Shown: positions 10,714 through 22,629, counted from the whole stretch's first letter. The stretch is 63,244 nt of DNA, filler included, from Olpidium bornovanus S191 (GCA_017911155.1; 27 parts of 27 records of this genome joined end to end with filler, not necessarily neighbours in it); one strand, 5' to 3'. Program-made: numbers and translations. The notes: generated by a model not told the origin, from the sequence alone.

Positions 10714-11807
10714 TCAGTTGCCCTTCCTACGGTACTGACATCCTATCAAAAACGGCACCGGATCGCACAATCAGCTTTCTCCGCGTCGCGGGGCACACGA
10801 CACGGAAGAAAACGACGGAGTTCAAACCCCGCCCGCCCAGCTCCCAACGAATAGAGCCAATCTTCCCGCTTACCCTCGGTTAGGCGGGCTTTCCCTCCAG
10901 TCGGTTGGCAAAGCACGTTTGCGCCCCCTCCGCAGATAACGACCGTCTGCGCGTGGCTGAAAACTGTCGAGATGCCCATGCACCCTGCAAAGAAAGAAAG
11001 GGCCGTCTCGGTTGTTAGCGGCGGTCTCCGCGCCGTCGATACCTGTGCGCCTTCCAAAAGCAACCTCACGCCCCCTCCCCTCCCGCGGAACGAACCTGGG
11101 CATTTGACGTCCATGAAGTACGAGTTTGGGCTCTGCACAAGGCGCTTAAGCTTGTGCGTCCTTTTCTCGTGCTCGGCAGACGGGTTGAGGAGGTCGACGG
11201 CCAACTGGATTAAAAAACGCCCAAGCGCGGGGGCGAAATCAAAACAGAGAGGAAATTATGAGCGGGGCACAACGGCGTCACCAGCCAGCATGCAAGGCTT
11301 TCACGAGCGAGAAAGCCGCCTTTGAGTACATGGCCCCCCCCACCCCCTGCCAGCCCCGCCGCGAGGTCCGCGGCGTACAATCACTCCAGGCGAGTGAGGA
11401 GGATAGAAAGTGCCCTAGTTCCCGTTCCAAGAAAAAAGGACCGCACAGCACGGGCGTTCCAGAAGCACCCGTCCGCGAGGATGGCAATACTTGGCGTCCC
11501 GCGCGCTGTTTTCAGCCGGGAAGAGCGTAGGGTTCACAGCTTTGAGCCTGCCCGCCCAACCCCCCGCCGCCCATCCTTCCCCCGGGACTGCGCCAAACGC
11601 ATGCTGACGCGCCCAAGGCCCAGTGCGCGCAACCGCCGTCGGGCCGGTTGCAGGGTTTTCAAGATTCTTTTCCCTCCGTGCGGCAACCGCCATCCCCACT
11701 GGCCCCTCCCTACGGCGTTCCCGAGGGAGCTTGTCCGCGCCGGCCCGAGGGCCACCTCCGCCCGCAGGCTTCTCTCGTTGTGCACGCGAGAAAAAACCCA
11801 CCGGCAT
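10714..11807 (-). CDS. RPS27: 40S ribosomal protein S27 (eS27), complete, 84 aa
   Basis: Exons 11807-11802 (ATGCCG), 11204-11096, 10984-10874 and 10742-10714 give [84 protein letters not shown]. Confidence 0.97.
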
Positions 11808-11970
11808 GACGACTGGCTGTTTTTCGTTTTATTCCTTTTTTGATTTTTTTTTTGTCTTTTTTTTTTTTCGTGGTGTTTCGCGGACTTTCCCGTTCGCAAA
11901 AATGAAAATAAAAATAAAAATAAAAAAACGTTTGATACACGCGGTAAGGGGGGCTGGGGGGAGAAAGGGG

Positions 11971-12212
11971 TGTTGTAAAAGACAGCACAGAGTCATCGAG
12001 GACCCGCAGACGGAGACGCGGGGAGTCCGTAAGACGGAAGAGAAGAGGAAAACTGCATTCGGGGCGTTGCTTCTCAATAGCCCGGCAAGGCGCCTATTTT
12101 ATATGGCGGAGATCTTCTAAGGATTCTACAGGGAACAGGGGCGGGTACGCGCAGTGTACCCGCGGCTCAGCCTCCCCCTTTACTTTTACCCCTTTATCCT
12201 GTTTACCCAACA
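11971..12212 (-). repeat. 3' LTR (242 bp) of the copia element
   Basis: Termini TGTTG...CAACA. Purine tract tgaggcgggg lies immediately upstream on the minus strand (12213-12222). TATAAAA on the minus strand at 12097-12103. Similar to 5744-5998. Confidence 0.8.
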
Positions 12213-14619
12213 CCCCGCCTCACTAAGCGTACCTAGCCCATGGTCGCCTTGTAATCTATGATGGCTCGTGCTTCTTCCTTTGGATGCCTTTCCTTCAGGC
12301 GGATTCTCGTTTGAAGATATATCCTACCGGCGAGACATGTTCAATTTGAGCTTTTCTCGGAATTTCTCGAATTTAATCCGGTCGAGCGGCTTTGCGCATA
12401 TATCGGCGACGTTGTCAGCCGAGCCTATGCGCTTGATGTCTATAACCTTGTCCGCTGCGCATCTCCGGAGATGATGGTATCATGTATCTATGTGCTTCGA
12501 TCTTTTCAAAGCCTTCGCGTCTGCCGCCAACTCCGCTGCTCCTGACTTGTCTATGAACAACGGAGTCGGTTTTTCGATGACGTCGTGGTCGATGCTCTTG
12601 AACATGGATCTCAAGCAGGCGACTTCTTGTGCCGCCGCTGATCCTGCAACGAACTCAGCCTCACACGTCGACGTGGCCGTGCACTTTTGGCGGGTTGATC
12701 TCCAGGAGATCGGCCCGTTTTGATGCATGGCCACAAATCCCGTCGTCGACGCCCGGGGCTCGCGGCATCCTGCCCAGTCGGAATCTGTGTACATAACGAG
12801 GCCTGATGTTTTGGCCGGCCTGTCAAACTTGATTCCTGCATCCATGGTACCGCGGAGGTACCTTTATTGTCGTTTTACGGCGGCCCAGTGTCGCGTTGAA
12901 GGTTTGGCGCAGAACCTTGCGAGAAAGGATGTGGCAAAGTCCAAATCTGGCATTGTCATTGACGACAACCACAGCAGCGATCCGATCGCCTCGATGTATC
13001 TTGATCCGACTTAATCTTCTTGTTCGCTTGGGCCTGCGCCTGACAGTGCTTCGACGGCGCCGCTCTCGAGGGGAGGATTCACCGGTCGCGCATCCAATAT
13101 TCCGTAATTTTGGAGCAGCTGGCGCGCGTAATGCGTTTGGTCCATGCGGATAGACCCATCGTCATCGCCGGTCGTGACTCGAACTCCCAAGACGAAAGAA
13201 CTATTATTTCCATCCGTCATCTTGAACTTTTCAGCCAGCCGCTACTTTGTTTTTTTGACGAATTTTGCGTTGGGCCGACGATGACGATGTCGTCCACGTC
13301 GCGCGCTTGTTCATGATCTTGTCTCGGCATTACGTATACGCAGGGTTCAGACACAAGTCGCAGCAGGCTGAGACGCGTCAATTCTGTGTGCAGTCTATTG
13401 TTCCATATGCGTCTGCTCTGCTGGAGCCCGTATAGCGCTCGACGCAGCTGGCAGACCTTTGTCTCGTCCTGCGTAAAACCATCCGGCTGTTCCGTGTACA
13501 GCTCTTCTTCGAGTTCGCCGTTTAGGTAGGCCAAGACGATGTCTCGTTGACGTATTGTCCAATTATTCTTGGCAGCGGTGGCTATGATTATACGTAGGGC
13601 GGTAGCAGAGACCACCGGCGAGAAGGACTGATGGCAATCAATGCCTTTTGTCTGACTGTGGCCTTGGGTGACGAAACGTGGCCCGTATTTGGAAATTGTT
13701 CCGTCAGGGTCCAGCATCATTTGAAAGCCCATTTTCCCCGCAGGATTTTGCAATTTGGTAAGGGTACTAGCTCCCAGGCGGGGAAGCTTTGCAGCGTTGC
13801 GATTTCCTTGCCCATGGCCAGTTTCCATTGCGCGGATTCTTCGCGCGAAATTGCCTCGAGGTATGTCTCGGGTTCGGGTGTATAGGCCTCTTTCGCCTTG
13901 GCGACGTTTTCCCAGCTCGTCAAACCGCCTCGCTTGATCTTCAGTCGTAATTCGCCGCCTTTCGGGTACTGGTACGAAAGTATCTGCGTATCTTCGGGCC
14001 GTTGCTCAATGATTGGGTTTTCAATTTCAGCGTTCTCGGCCTCGTTGGTGGGACTGGGCTTGTGTAGGCGGAATTCGTCAACGGTGACGTTGCACCTTTC
14101 GACCACTTCGTCGGTCGTTGGGCCCCATAAGCGATACGCCTTGCTTGTCCTCGAGTACCCAATCATGATCGATCGCATGGCCGTGGACGTGAGTTTCCCT
14201 TGGTTTCTATGGCCTTTTTGTATGTGGGCGTTCGCCACGCTCCCGATGATGCGTATGTAATCGAGGTTGACGTTCTCGCGCTTGAAGAATGCGAGATAGG
14301 GTAGACCGCCATCGAGGTATCAGCGAAGAGATTGATTGTAAAGGTGTACGGTTGCCTTCCATACTTCATCCCATAATTTGGGAGGTAGCTGCGCCGCAAT
14401 CATGATGGCTCGGGCGCAATCCTTGATCGTTCAGTTTATTCGCTCCGCTACTCCATTCTGCTCAGAAGTTCCTCTCATGGTCGTTTCGCATCGAATGCCC
14501 CATGGGCGCAGTTCCGTAGCGTACTTGTCTCCGATAAACTCCCCGCCTCGATCTGATCGGTGGACTTCTATGGTCGTGCCGAGCGCTTTTTCGACGAACG
14601 AAAGGTAGTCTCGTAGGGC
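11971..14619 (-). mobile_element. Ty1/copia LTR retrotransposon, degenerate and 5' truncated (integrase - RT - RNase H - PPT - 3' LTR)
   Basis: Integrase HRSDRGGEF..EQNGVAERIN*TI (14300-14619). RT RFVTQGHSQTKGID..AYLNGELEEELY..LRRALYGLQQS..DVDDIVI (13011-13828). RNase H YTDSDWAG..ATSTCEAEF..RSKHID..DNVADICAKPL (12330-12845). The domain order is diagnostic of copia. Contains frameshifts and a stop. Confidence 0.95.
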
Positions 14620-14991
14620 NNNNNNNNNNNNNNNNNNNNNNNNNNNNNNNNNNNNNNNNNNNNTTAATTAATTAANNNNNNNNNNNNNNNNNNNNNNNNN
14701 NNNNNNNNNNNNNNNNNNNCATGCAGGTGATCTCCAGCGAAACGCAGGAGGTCCGGCGGGGGGCGGGTGTGGGGCGAAGGGAAGCTGCTTCCTTCCAGAA
14801 AGAACGAAAAAGAAAAACCGCCAAAGAGCGTCGAGGAAAAGCAATTTACGTTCTGATGAAATCGGAAACCAGGGAGTCCCGGGCTTCGTTGAGTACTTAG
14901 CCGATCGCCGGATTATTCAAGGCCCCTCTCTGTTTCCTGCACCGGAGAAAAGTGGTAACGAAAATCTTTCGCTGCGCGCATTGTCGACCCT

Positions 14992-16377
14992 TTATCCGAC
15001 GGCATCCGCATCCAGCGAGACGGAAAGGTCGGTCCCGGAATCATGGGAGGGCAAGGTCTTGGCCGCGACCCGATCGCCCCGGAGTGCGACGGTAATTGGC
15101 TGGCGGCCGTTTTTGTCGCCGGTGGCGGCGCTCGACGTGATCTGAGCGTCGACCTGGTCGGAGCTATCTTGCGCGTCGCGGACAGCGCTGTCGCCCTTGT
15201 CCTTGGATTTTTGAGCGTACTCCTTGCTGACTTCTTTCGCCTTGGAGGTGGCGTCTGCAGCGGCGCTCGCGACCTCGTCGACGGCGGTGCGGGCCGCGTT
15301 CGCCCCTGCGTCCGCGGCCCGCTCCCCCTGCTGCTTGGCCTCCCGGGCCGCGCTTGCGAGGGCCCCCGCGACGGCGCCGGCCGCGTCCGCCGCCTTGTCC
15401 ACCGCGGACCGCGCAATCTCCGTCCCCTTGTCGACGACCCGCTCCTTGCTCCTCTTCGCCTTGGCCGCCGCGTCGCCAACCATGTCCTTCGCCGCGCGGG
15501 CCCTCTCGGCCGCGGCGTCCAAGACGCGCGCTCCGGCGTCGCCGGCCATGGCGGCGGCGGCCGCGCCGGTCCCGGCGGCTTTTTTGAGATCGTCCGCGCC
15601 GGCGTGAGCCGCCCCGGAGGCGATGCGTGCGGTGTTGTGGGTGACGCGGTCGATGACGTCCTGGCCGCGGTGCTCGCACGACGCGACCGCCTCGCGCACG
15701 GTCTCGATGGCGCCGGTGGTCACCTCGTGCCCGCGCTCTTTGACGGAACGAACAGTCTCGACGCCGGTCCTGAGAACGCTGCTGGCGGCGTCGAACACCT
15801 TGGCGCCCGCGCCGATGCCGAGCTCGACACCGGCGACACCGAGCTCGACGCCGGAAATGGCGGCGCCCGTGGCGAGGCACGCGGCGCCCTTGACGGTGTC
15901 GGCGGCGAAGGAGGCGGCGGAAGATATGATGCCCTTCGGGCTTTCCTTGGGAAGGGGCTTTCCGGAGGCCGCAGTCTTGCTCCCCGGCGCGAAGTCCCCG
16001 GCGGTCGACTCAAAGACGGCGGCGGCGTCATCTTGGCCGGCGACCGGCGCGGCCGCAGGCGCGACCCGGTAACATTCCGAACTTGTTACGCCGTGACAGA
16101 AGGGGACGGGAAAGAATTTTTTGGCGGGTGAGGAGCGCAACGGGAGAGAAAAGGAGAGGGAGAGGGGAAACAAGGCGAAACTGGACGGCGGGCGTGATGG
16201 CAGGCGCGGGCGATAAGCCGAGCGGGGTGCGTTTTCCGGGAGGTGCCGGCAGCGGCGGCAGAAAACGAAAGACCTTCGCCGGTGCCAGCGAGACGCAAAG
16301 TGTTTTCGCGCGTACCTCCTCTTCCTCTGGACGCCGGCCATGGACGGCGTTCCGGGCGCCGCGCGTGCGTTCGTCAT
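14992..16377 (-). CDS. LEA-like (group 3) Ala/Lys/Asp-rich amphipathic repeat protein
   Basis: Long open frame with repeated amphipathic units (DAAGAVAGALASAAREAKQQGERAADAGANAARTAVDEVASAAADATSKAKEVSKEYAQKSKD). Probable intron between about 16315 and 16085. True start uncertain. Confidence 0.6.
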   Translation of the reverse strand: MTNARAAPGTPSMAGVQRKRRYARKHFASRWHRRRSFVFCRRCRHLPENAPRSAYRPRLPSRPPSSFALFPLSLSFSLPLRSSPAKKFFPVPFCHGVTSSECYRVAPAAAPVAGQDDAAAVFESTAGDFAPGSKTAASGKPLPKESPKGIISSAASFAADTVKGAACLATGAAISGVELGVAGVELGIGAGAKVFDAASSVLRTGVETVRSVKERGHEVTTGAIETVREAVASCEHRGQDVIDRVTHNTARIASGAAHAGADDLKKAAGTGAAAAAMAGDAGARVLDAAAERARAAKDMVGDAAAKAKRSKERVVDKGTEIARSAVDKAADAAGAVAGALASAAREAKQQGERAADAGANAARTAVDEVASAAADATSKAKEVSKEYAQKSKDKGDSAVRDAQDSSDQVDAQITSSAATGDKNGRQPITVALRGDRVAAKTLPSHDSGTDLSVSLDADAVG

Positions 16378-18467
16378 ATTTCGCGACGGCGCGGAGAACG
16401 GCTGGGAGCTGCGCAGGCGGACCTTTTCGTTCGTTGCGGGGCTGAGGGAGCGGGAAGAGCAGGGAGGTGCGGTGCGGCTGCTGCGCCTGCTTTTTTGCCT
16501 TTTTCGTTCGTTGCCTTCGACCGCGGAGGAGGGGCGGGGGCAAAATCCGTATTTTATATATTTTATTTATTGTTTTTTTTCAATCTTTTTATTCCATTCG
16601 TTTCTTTCTCCGCAGTTTCTTTCTTTCTTGTTGTCTCCGCGTCTTCCGGATCCCCTCGGGACCTCCCGCTCGCCACCAACCGCCGGCGTTCTCTCGGCGC
16701 CTCTTTTTCCACTCTTTTTCCTCTGATTCTAATTCCGACCTCTTCTGATGATGACACCTGCGCTCTTCCTCCGTCTCCCGCTCGCCTTTCGCTCTCCCAT
16801 CCTCCTCTTCTTGCTCGTTTGAACGTTATGTTTCTATTTTACAAATTCTTGTTTCTGCTGTGACTAAACCGTCTTTTTGCCCCTCTTCGCCCTCGTGTGC
16901 CGTTCTCTCGTACCCCGACGCGAGCGGAAGGCGAGACGGACGAGGCAATCGGCGCGCGGACGCCACCCCCGAAACGCTCACCCCAACCGCTCCACTGATG
17001 ACGTCAGCCGCCCATACCTCCCTTCCGCCTCCCCCCCCCCTGCTTCCCCCGCCCCCGAATGTTGACATCCCTTCGCCGATTGACTTTTATCATTTCCCGC
17101 CACGTCGTTGCGCCGTTGTGCGCATTCGGTTTTGCGGCAAAAGCGGTGCGGGCCGGGCAGCGCGTCGCTCAAACCCACCACTCCCTCCTCTCCGCCGTCG
17201 CTTTCCGCCGCTCGTTCCCTGCAACCGCCCGCGGCTGTCTGCGATGGCTCTGGCAATGCTCCGGCAGTCTCCTCTCCTCTGTTTCCCCGTCTCGTTCTAG
17301 AACCTCAGAATTTCTTAGGCTCCCGTTCCCGGCGCGCGTCCGCCGTCGCGGGCGACGGCCGAGGCCGCGTCGCGGCCGGCGTTAATTTCTTCCCTTCCGT
17401 CCGTTTTTAGTGCAGAAATGACCAACGCGAAACAAGTACCTGTTCACCGGGAAGTTAACCATCCCGACGTGAGGCGTGATATTGGTACCAGTTTCCAGTG
17501 GCGTTATGCTGCACAGCCGCGCTAATTTTGATTTTCCGCCTTCTCTTTTGGATTCATTTTTCATCTTACATCTTACTGGCGAGTACACCGTGGTTTCTGG
17601 ATAAACGCTACACGTTGTTTTAGTGGTTAATAAGCAGTGGGGTGGCTGTGTACGTTCATAATGTACAAAAAACTTTGCAAAATACCGACTAACTCTTCCT
17701 TGAACGACGGCGCTCTGATGTCTTAATTAATACAGTAAAATGCAACGGGAATAAGCGTTGCTGGAATTTGTAGAGCCAGCTGTTGAAGAACTCGACGGAA
17801 TCCAACACGATAAATTGGATTGGAGGTCATCGGCAAACTTTTGCCCTTTGACCTTGATGAGCTCAGCAGTAAATGCAACGTGACAAGCTTGGTTCTGGGG
17901 AACCAATTCAGAGAGGCCCTCTCCCGCGGCCGCGGCCGGGCATCCTTGGCGAAAACACGCTCGTGGTATCCATAACCTTGGAAGTGTTTTCGTTTTTGTG
18001 ACAGGTTACGGCGACTGTTTCGTGTCGTCTGAGATAATCCTTGCCCGATGGCGGGGCATTTGGACGGCGGCGGGGGGCTGGTCGGTGTTTTTTACACTTT
18101 CGTCCTGATAAAGGCCCCGTTTTGAGGGCGATACAGTCTTTCCGTGCCACGTGTTTTGTCCCAATTGACACCCAGTTGCCGCGGCGCGCGCGGCGGCGCT
18201 GCTCTGCCAGCCGTGCAGCCGCAGTGTTGGAGAATGCCAGGGTCAAGGCTGCGCCACAGACGTTTGGCCCAGCACTCGGCCTGAGCAAGCCCCCTCAGTC
18301 CAGGCACGGTTGCAAGGTGAAAGGGCCCAGTTAAAACAAGGCTACAAGGTGGCCTCGGAGACCATGCNNNNNNNNNNNNNNNNNNNNNNNNNNNNNNNNN
18401 NNNNNNNNNNNTTAATTAATTAANNNNNNNNNNNNNNNNNNNNNNNNNNNNNNNNNNNNNNNNNNNN

Positions 18468-20172
18468 ACATGGCGGCCGCCGCGAAAATCACGTGGAAGA
18501 AGGCGTAGTTGTACGCCGTGCCCTCGCGCTCGTCGTCAGTCACCGACGAGCCAGCGCGGTCGGCTTGGTCGGCGGCGACGGCGGACTGGGGGAGTGCGCT
18601 GGTTTGATTCCGAAAACAGAAGAAAAGGCGGGCAAAGCAAAAAACCAGACTGAGCGGGTCCAGCAAGCGGCTCCCTGCGCGCGCTTCCAATGTAAAGAAG
18701 ACGCTCTTTTTCCGTACCCGGCCTCGACTGCCCTCGTTAGTGCGTCGCTCTTGTTCTGTACGGACACCTGGCTGTTGGTGAGTGGGACAGCGCTGGCGGC
18801 GTTGATGGGCTCGTAGTCGCTGTCGTTGATAAGGACCCGGCCTTGGGTCGCCGCGCGGGAAGTGGAGTAGACTAGGGCCAGGAACGTGAAGACGGCGCCG
18901 AGGACGACTGTGGTGCGTTGAGTGCCCGAATTGCCCAGGGGATTGCACGACCGACCGTCGGAGCCCACGACAGACTTGGGCTCGTTCGCAACCGCGGAGG
19001 CAATCAGGTACGTCGTGTACGCAACAACCATGGAGCTCTGCGAAAGGCCCGAGCGCGGATTGGAGGCCTGGATCCGCGGGTGCACGGCCAGCACGGTCGC
19101 GACGACTGCCAGCGCCAGATTCACGGTGTTGAGGGCAATGTTGAGCTTGCAGCCCTCGCCGGAGAAGTAGCCGAACATAACCGCCGTCAGGGCTATCGAC
19201 CCTCCACACAGCGATATCGCCCCGCCCACAATGAAGACCTGCCAGCGTTTGTCGCCCGTCTCCTCCGAATTCTCGAGACATGTCTCCGACCACGTGTGCG
19301 CGAAGTCGACCAGAAGCATGAGCTGGACCAGAATGAAGACGCCTGCGCCCACGACTGCAACGTAGTTGCCGTAGCCGATGAAGAACTCGTTCGGTATAAA
19401 GAACGACGCCACCGTAAAGCCTATCCAAACAAGAACCTTGGGCCCCCACCACCTACAACGGATATTTGTCAGACCTCGCAGCCGCAACAGACAGTCGGGA
19501 CGGGGCTGGCCGCGTAGGTGGAAAATTAGACCATTACCCGTTCTGTATCTGTGCTCTTGGGTCTCTACTGTGGCTCACTCCAACCAGCATGCAGGCGAGT
19601 ATCAGATGAAATAGAGTCAACGCAAAGCACACTCTATGCACCTAGAATCATGGATAAGAGACGATGGGCATATGCGTTGCGGTCATTCACTGGTATTCCG
19701 GTGGCAAACGCACAGCAGGGTTTCCGGAAGGCACTCCAACCTTCTGCCCGTACCGCCAGCAACCCGTAACACAGCCCCTCCGGACAAATCAGCCTGAGGT
19801 AGTCAAAACTCGCGTGCTCGAGCTGTCGCACTGCCCACTTCGTGGTCAACGTCCAGGCGGTCTGCGTAAAGCAGGGATGAAAATAAAGCCGAAATTCAGC
19901 ATCCGGGGCGCTCTCGGCACACTTGTTCCTCCTTTCCTGTCGTCAGTTCATGCACACGCCGCCCGGATCGTCCCTCCCCTCCCTTTCCCCCACTTCCTTC
20001 ACGCCCGCCTCCCTCTCTCACTCACCAGTGACGTGGCCAGGAACATGCCTGCGTAAGACACCCTTGTGGCCACGCTCCCCGAGAAGTTGAGGGCGCTGCA
20101 CGCGCACTTGCAGGCGGCGGCGGTGAAGCACGAGGCGCACTGCGCGGCAAGGCACCCAAGCACGGCACCCAT
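18468..20172 (-). CDS. TMS1: Serine incorporator (SERINC/Tms1) membrane protein, 3' truncated
   Basis: Spliced product MGAVLGCLAAQCASCF..., VHRVCFALTLFHLIL, RAQIQNGWWGPK, LLVDFAHTWSETC, PRSGLSQSSMVVAYTTYLIASAVANEP, YNYAFFHVIF. First exon 20172-20026. Confidence 0.95.
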
Positions 20173-20940
20173 GTTTCGGCAACCTGCCGGGACCTTGTCT
20201 TGTCGAGAGTCGGTTTACGGGGGGCGGTTAGGTAGGTGGGTGGGAGGGGGAGGGGGAGGGGGAGAAGGAGGTGGCGGACGGAGCCGGCCGAGGGGCGGGA
20301 ATGCCCCAGTCGACTGAACTTCGGCCAAGGGAACGAAACGCCCTCAACCCAGCGCTTTCTTTCTTCCCTTTCTCAACTCTCGTCACCGTCGGCTTGCGAC
20401 GGAGACGGGGAGGGGACGGCGTGGGGATTTTCCGTTCTCGTCAGGAGCCGCCGGCCGCCACGCCGCCTGTTTTAATTGCGGTGCTTTGGAATCGAATCCG
20501 GTGGGGTCGACTGCCGGTATCGGCCTACAGCGGGATAATCCAAATCCCCCCCCCCCACGTTCCTACGTCAGACGCGGAGGGAATCCATTTCTCCCGTCAC
20601 ACACCGCGCTTCACAATCCTCGCCGTTGCTTTGTGAGATCACTATTATATATGCGGGAAAAAAGGCCGGGCGAGGGAAAGTTGTCACCTGCCGAGAGTGT
20701 CCAGAAAGACCCTCGTGACATGACACTCTTCGGGGCCATCCATCCACGTGTGAGTCGCTCGGGTGAATTTTTTATGTCTGGTATTAGCGGGAGTCTAACG
20801 CCGGGTTACCGGTTATTTTGGTAGCCGAGCTGAATTGCTNNNNNNNNNNNNNNNNNNNNNNNNNNNNNNNNNNNNNNNNNNNNTTAATTAATTAANNNNN
20901 NNNNNNNNNNNNNNNNNNNNNNNNNNNNNNNNNNNNNNNA

Positions 20941-21049
20941 CATGGGCAACTACAACGACTTCCTCGTCATCCCGCGCTTGACGGAACCGCTGCGCGAGTT
21001 CCTTCGAGTTCAAAACGCCTGTCTGTACTGCAGGCGTTTGGAGGCCGAC
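20941..21049 (+). mobile_element. Fragment of a Ty3/gypsy-type gag C-terminus, interrupted by the copia LTR
   Basis: PRLTEPLREFLRVQNACLYCRR resembles the gag tail preceding a zinc-knuckle-like C-x2-C. It ends exactly at the TG that starts the adjacent LTR. Confidence 0.45.
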
Positions 21050-21983
21050 TGTGCTATGGACATTGGTCGCGGTTTTTCCGGTTAAAGCTTTTTTGTATTA
21101 CTGTCACTCAAGTCATTTTTGCTCTAACTCTTGTTACTGGTTCTGGTTCTCGTTTTTACAACGTCATGGAGGGGGTCTATTTATACCCGCGACCGTGGCG
21201 TGGTCGCAGGCGCCATGCGCCTGTTGTTTATTTCGGGTTTATTGTGTAGCGGCGGGTGCGGAAGGAAGGGTTCTACCGGGAGGATTTGCGTCTACGTTCG
21301 CTACGGCTGTCACCTGACGGCGCGCGGTACTTAACACTCCCCCGCGCCGGGGTGCTTCCATGAGCGCCCTGGCTTCCTCCGCGCGCAGTCGTCCATCCGT
21401 CACGGCGCGCAGACACCCATTTCCTTGGCGTGTTTCTCATGCGCCGGCCACGGTAAGCCCTTCGTCAAAGCATCGGCCACCATGTCCCCCGATCGCCCGT
21501 CGATGATCTCCACATTGCCCTCTGCGATCACGTCCCTGACAAAGTGCCACCTGACGGCGATGTGCTTCGTGCGTTGATGGTTCGTGGGCCGCGACGTGAG
21601 AGCTTGTGCTCCTTGACTATCGCAGGTGATCTTGGTCGCCTCGTTCACCGCCTCCCCCAGCACGCCCAGGATTTCCTGCAGCCACAGCGCCTCCTTGACC
21701 GCTTCTGCAAGCGCGACATACTCAGCTTCGGTTCTTGAGGTGGCGGCAATCTCCTGCCTGTGGCTCCTCCAGCTCACGACTTCTCCCGCCATGGCGAATA
21801 CCAGACCACTGGTAGAACGAAGGGTTTCGATGCACTCTGCGTAGTCTGCGTCGCTGTATCCTGTTACCAACGCCGCATCCGCTCGGTCTCGACGGTATCC
21901 CAGCGTCCAGTTTGCCGTTGTGTTTAGATAACCTATTACGCGGATGCCAGCGTCCCAGTCGCTCCGTGTAGGCCCGGTTTGGC
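21050..21983 (-). mobile_element. Ty1/copia 3' end (RT C-terminus, RNase H, PPT, LTR about 21050-21336); a second family
   Basis: GYSDADYA..RSTSGLVF..VSWRSHRQEIAATSRTEAEYVAL..RTKHIAVRWHFVRD..MVADALTKGL. PPT ggcgcgggggag is followed by TGTTAA on the minus strand. TG..CA bounded 287-bp LTR with TATAAA. Confidence 0.92.
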
Positions 21984-22096
21984 NNNNNNNNNNNNNNNNN
22001 NNNNNNNNNNNNNNNNNNNNNNNNNNNTTAATTAATTAANNNNNNNNNNNNNNNNNNNNNNNNNNNNNNNNNNNNNNNNNNNNACATGTGTAAAAT

Positions 22097-22178
22097 CCTC
22101 TCAAGTTGTTCCTACGGGGCGGCGCACATCGCTACGCCGTAGGAACAACTTTTGAAGAGGAAAAAAAAAAAAAAAAAC
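22097..22178. other. Strong hairpin (perfect 15-bp stem) followed by an A-run
   Basis: aagttgttcctacgg (22103-22117) is the exact reverse complement of ccgtaggaacaactt (22137-22151). There is an inner gcg-cacat-cgc mini-stem, an outer imperfect cctct/agagg extension and about 18 A after it. Confidence 0.9.
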
Positions 22179-22629
22179 ACCGTTTGCGAGGCACTTTTCG
22201 TGCGAGAAATGTTCCGGGAGTGCCCGTCTGAGACATTTCGAGACATAAACACCGAATTTAAGATGCAGCTCTGCAGTCCCGTCCAGAGAGATTCTCGCTA
22301 AATCTTTTGCCGGACCAAAAACGACCTGTTTGCGACTCGCGTAAATACCCGATGAGAATTTCGATATATTTATGTCCTACACAGGCAAGGTATAGCGACC
22401 GTCTATTCATCTTCAATCAATTTTGGGATTCGCTAATTAACCCCACCATTTGTCTTCCAAACAGGACTATAAGATAAAGGCCCGCGTGAAACGAAATACA
22501 AATTTACAATAAACGTGAAATCGCCCTCCTGCCATCCTCTGTCTCTGTTCACCGGAACGGACTTCCGAGTGTTCCTGACACCAACGCTCATCATCGTTTT
22601 AATCCCCATACCATTGAGGAAAATCCGCT

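Noticed and set aside
11205-11801. Possible snoRNA in the 597-nt RPS27 first intron (small hairpins such as tcactc-caggc-gagtga at 11381-11397)
   Set aside because: No C box (RUGAUGA) paired with a D box, and no convincing H/ACA two-hairpin layout on the sense strand. An Infernal/snoscan run would be needed.
15043-16131. Long antisense or alternative-frame ORFs overlapping real genes (here and over LMBR1, the LRR gene, the SLC5 gene and the last contig)
   Set aside because: Expected shadow ORFs in GC-rich coding DNA; they are Arg/Pro/Gly-rich with no motifs.
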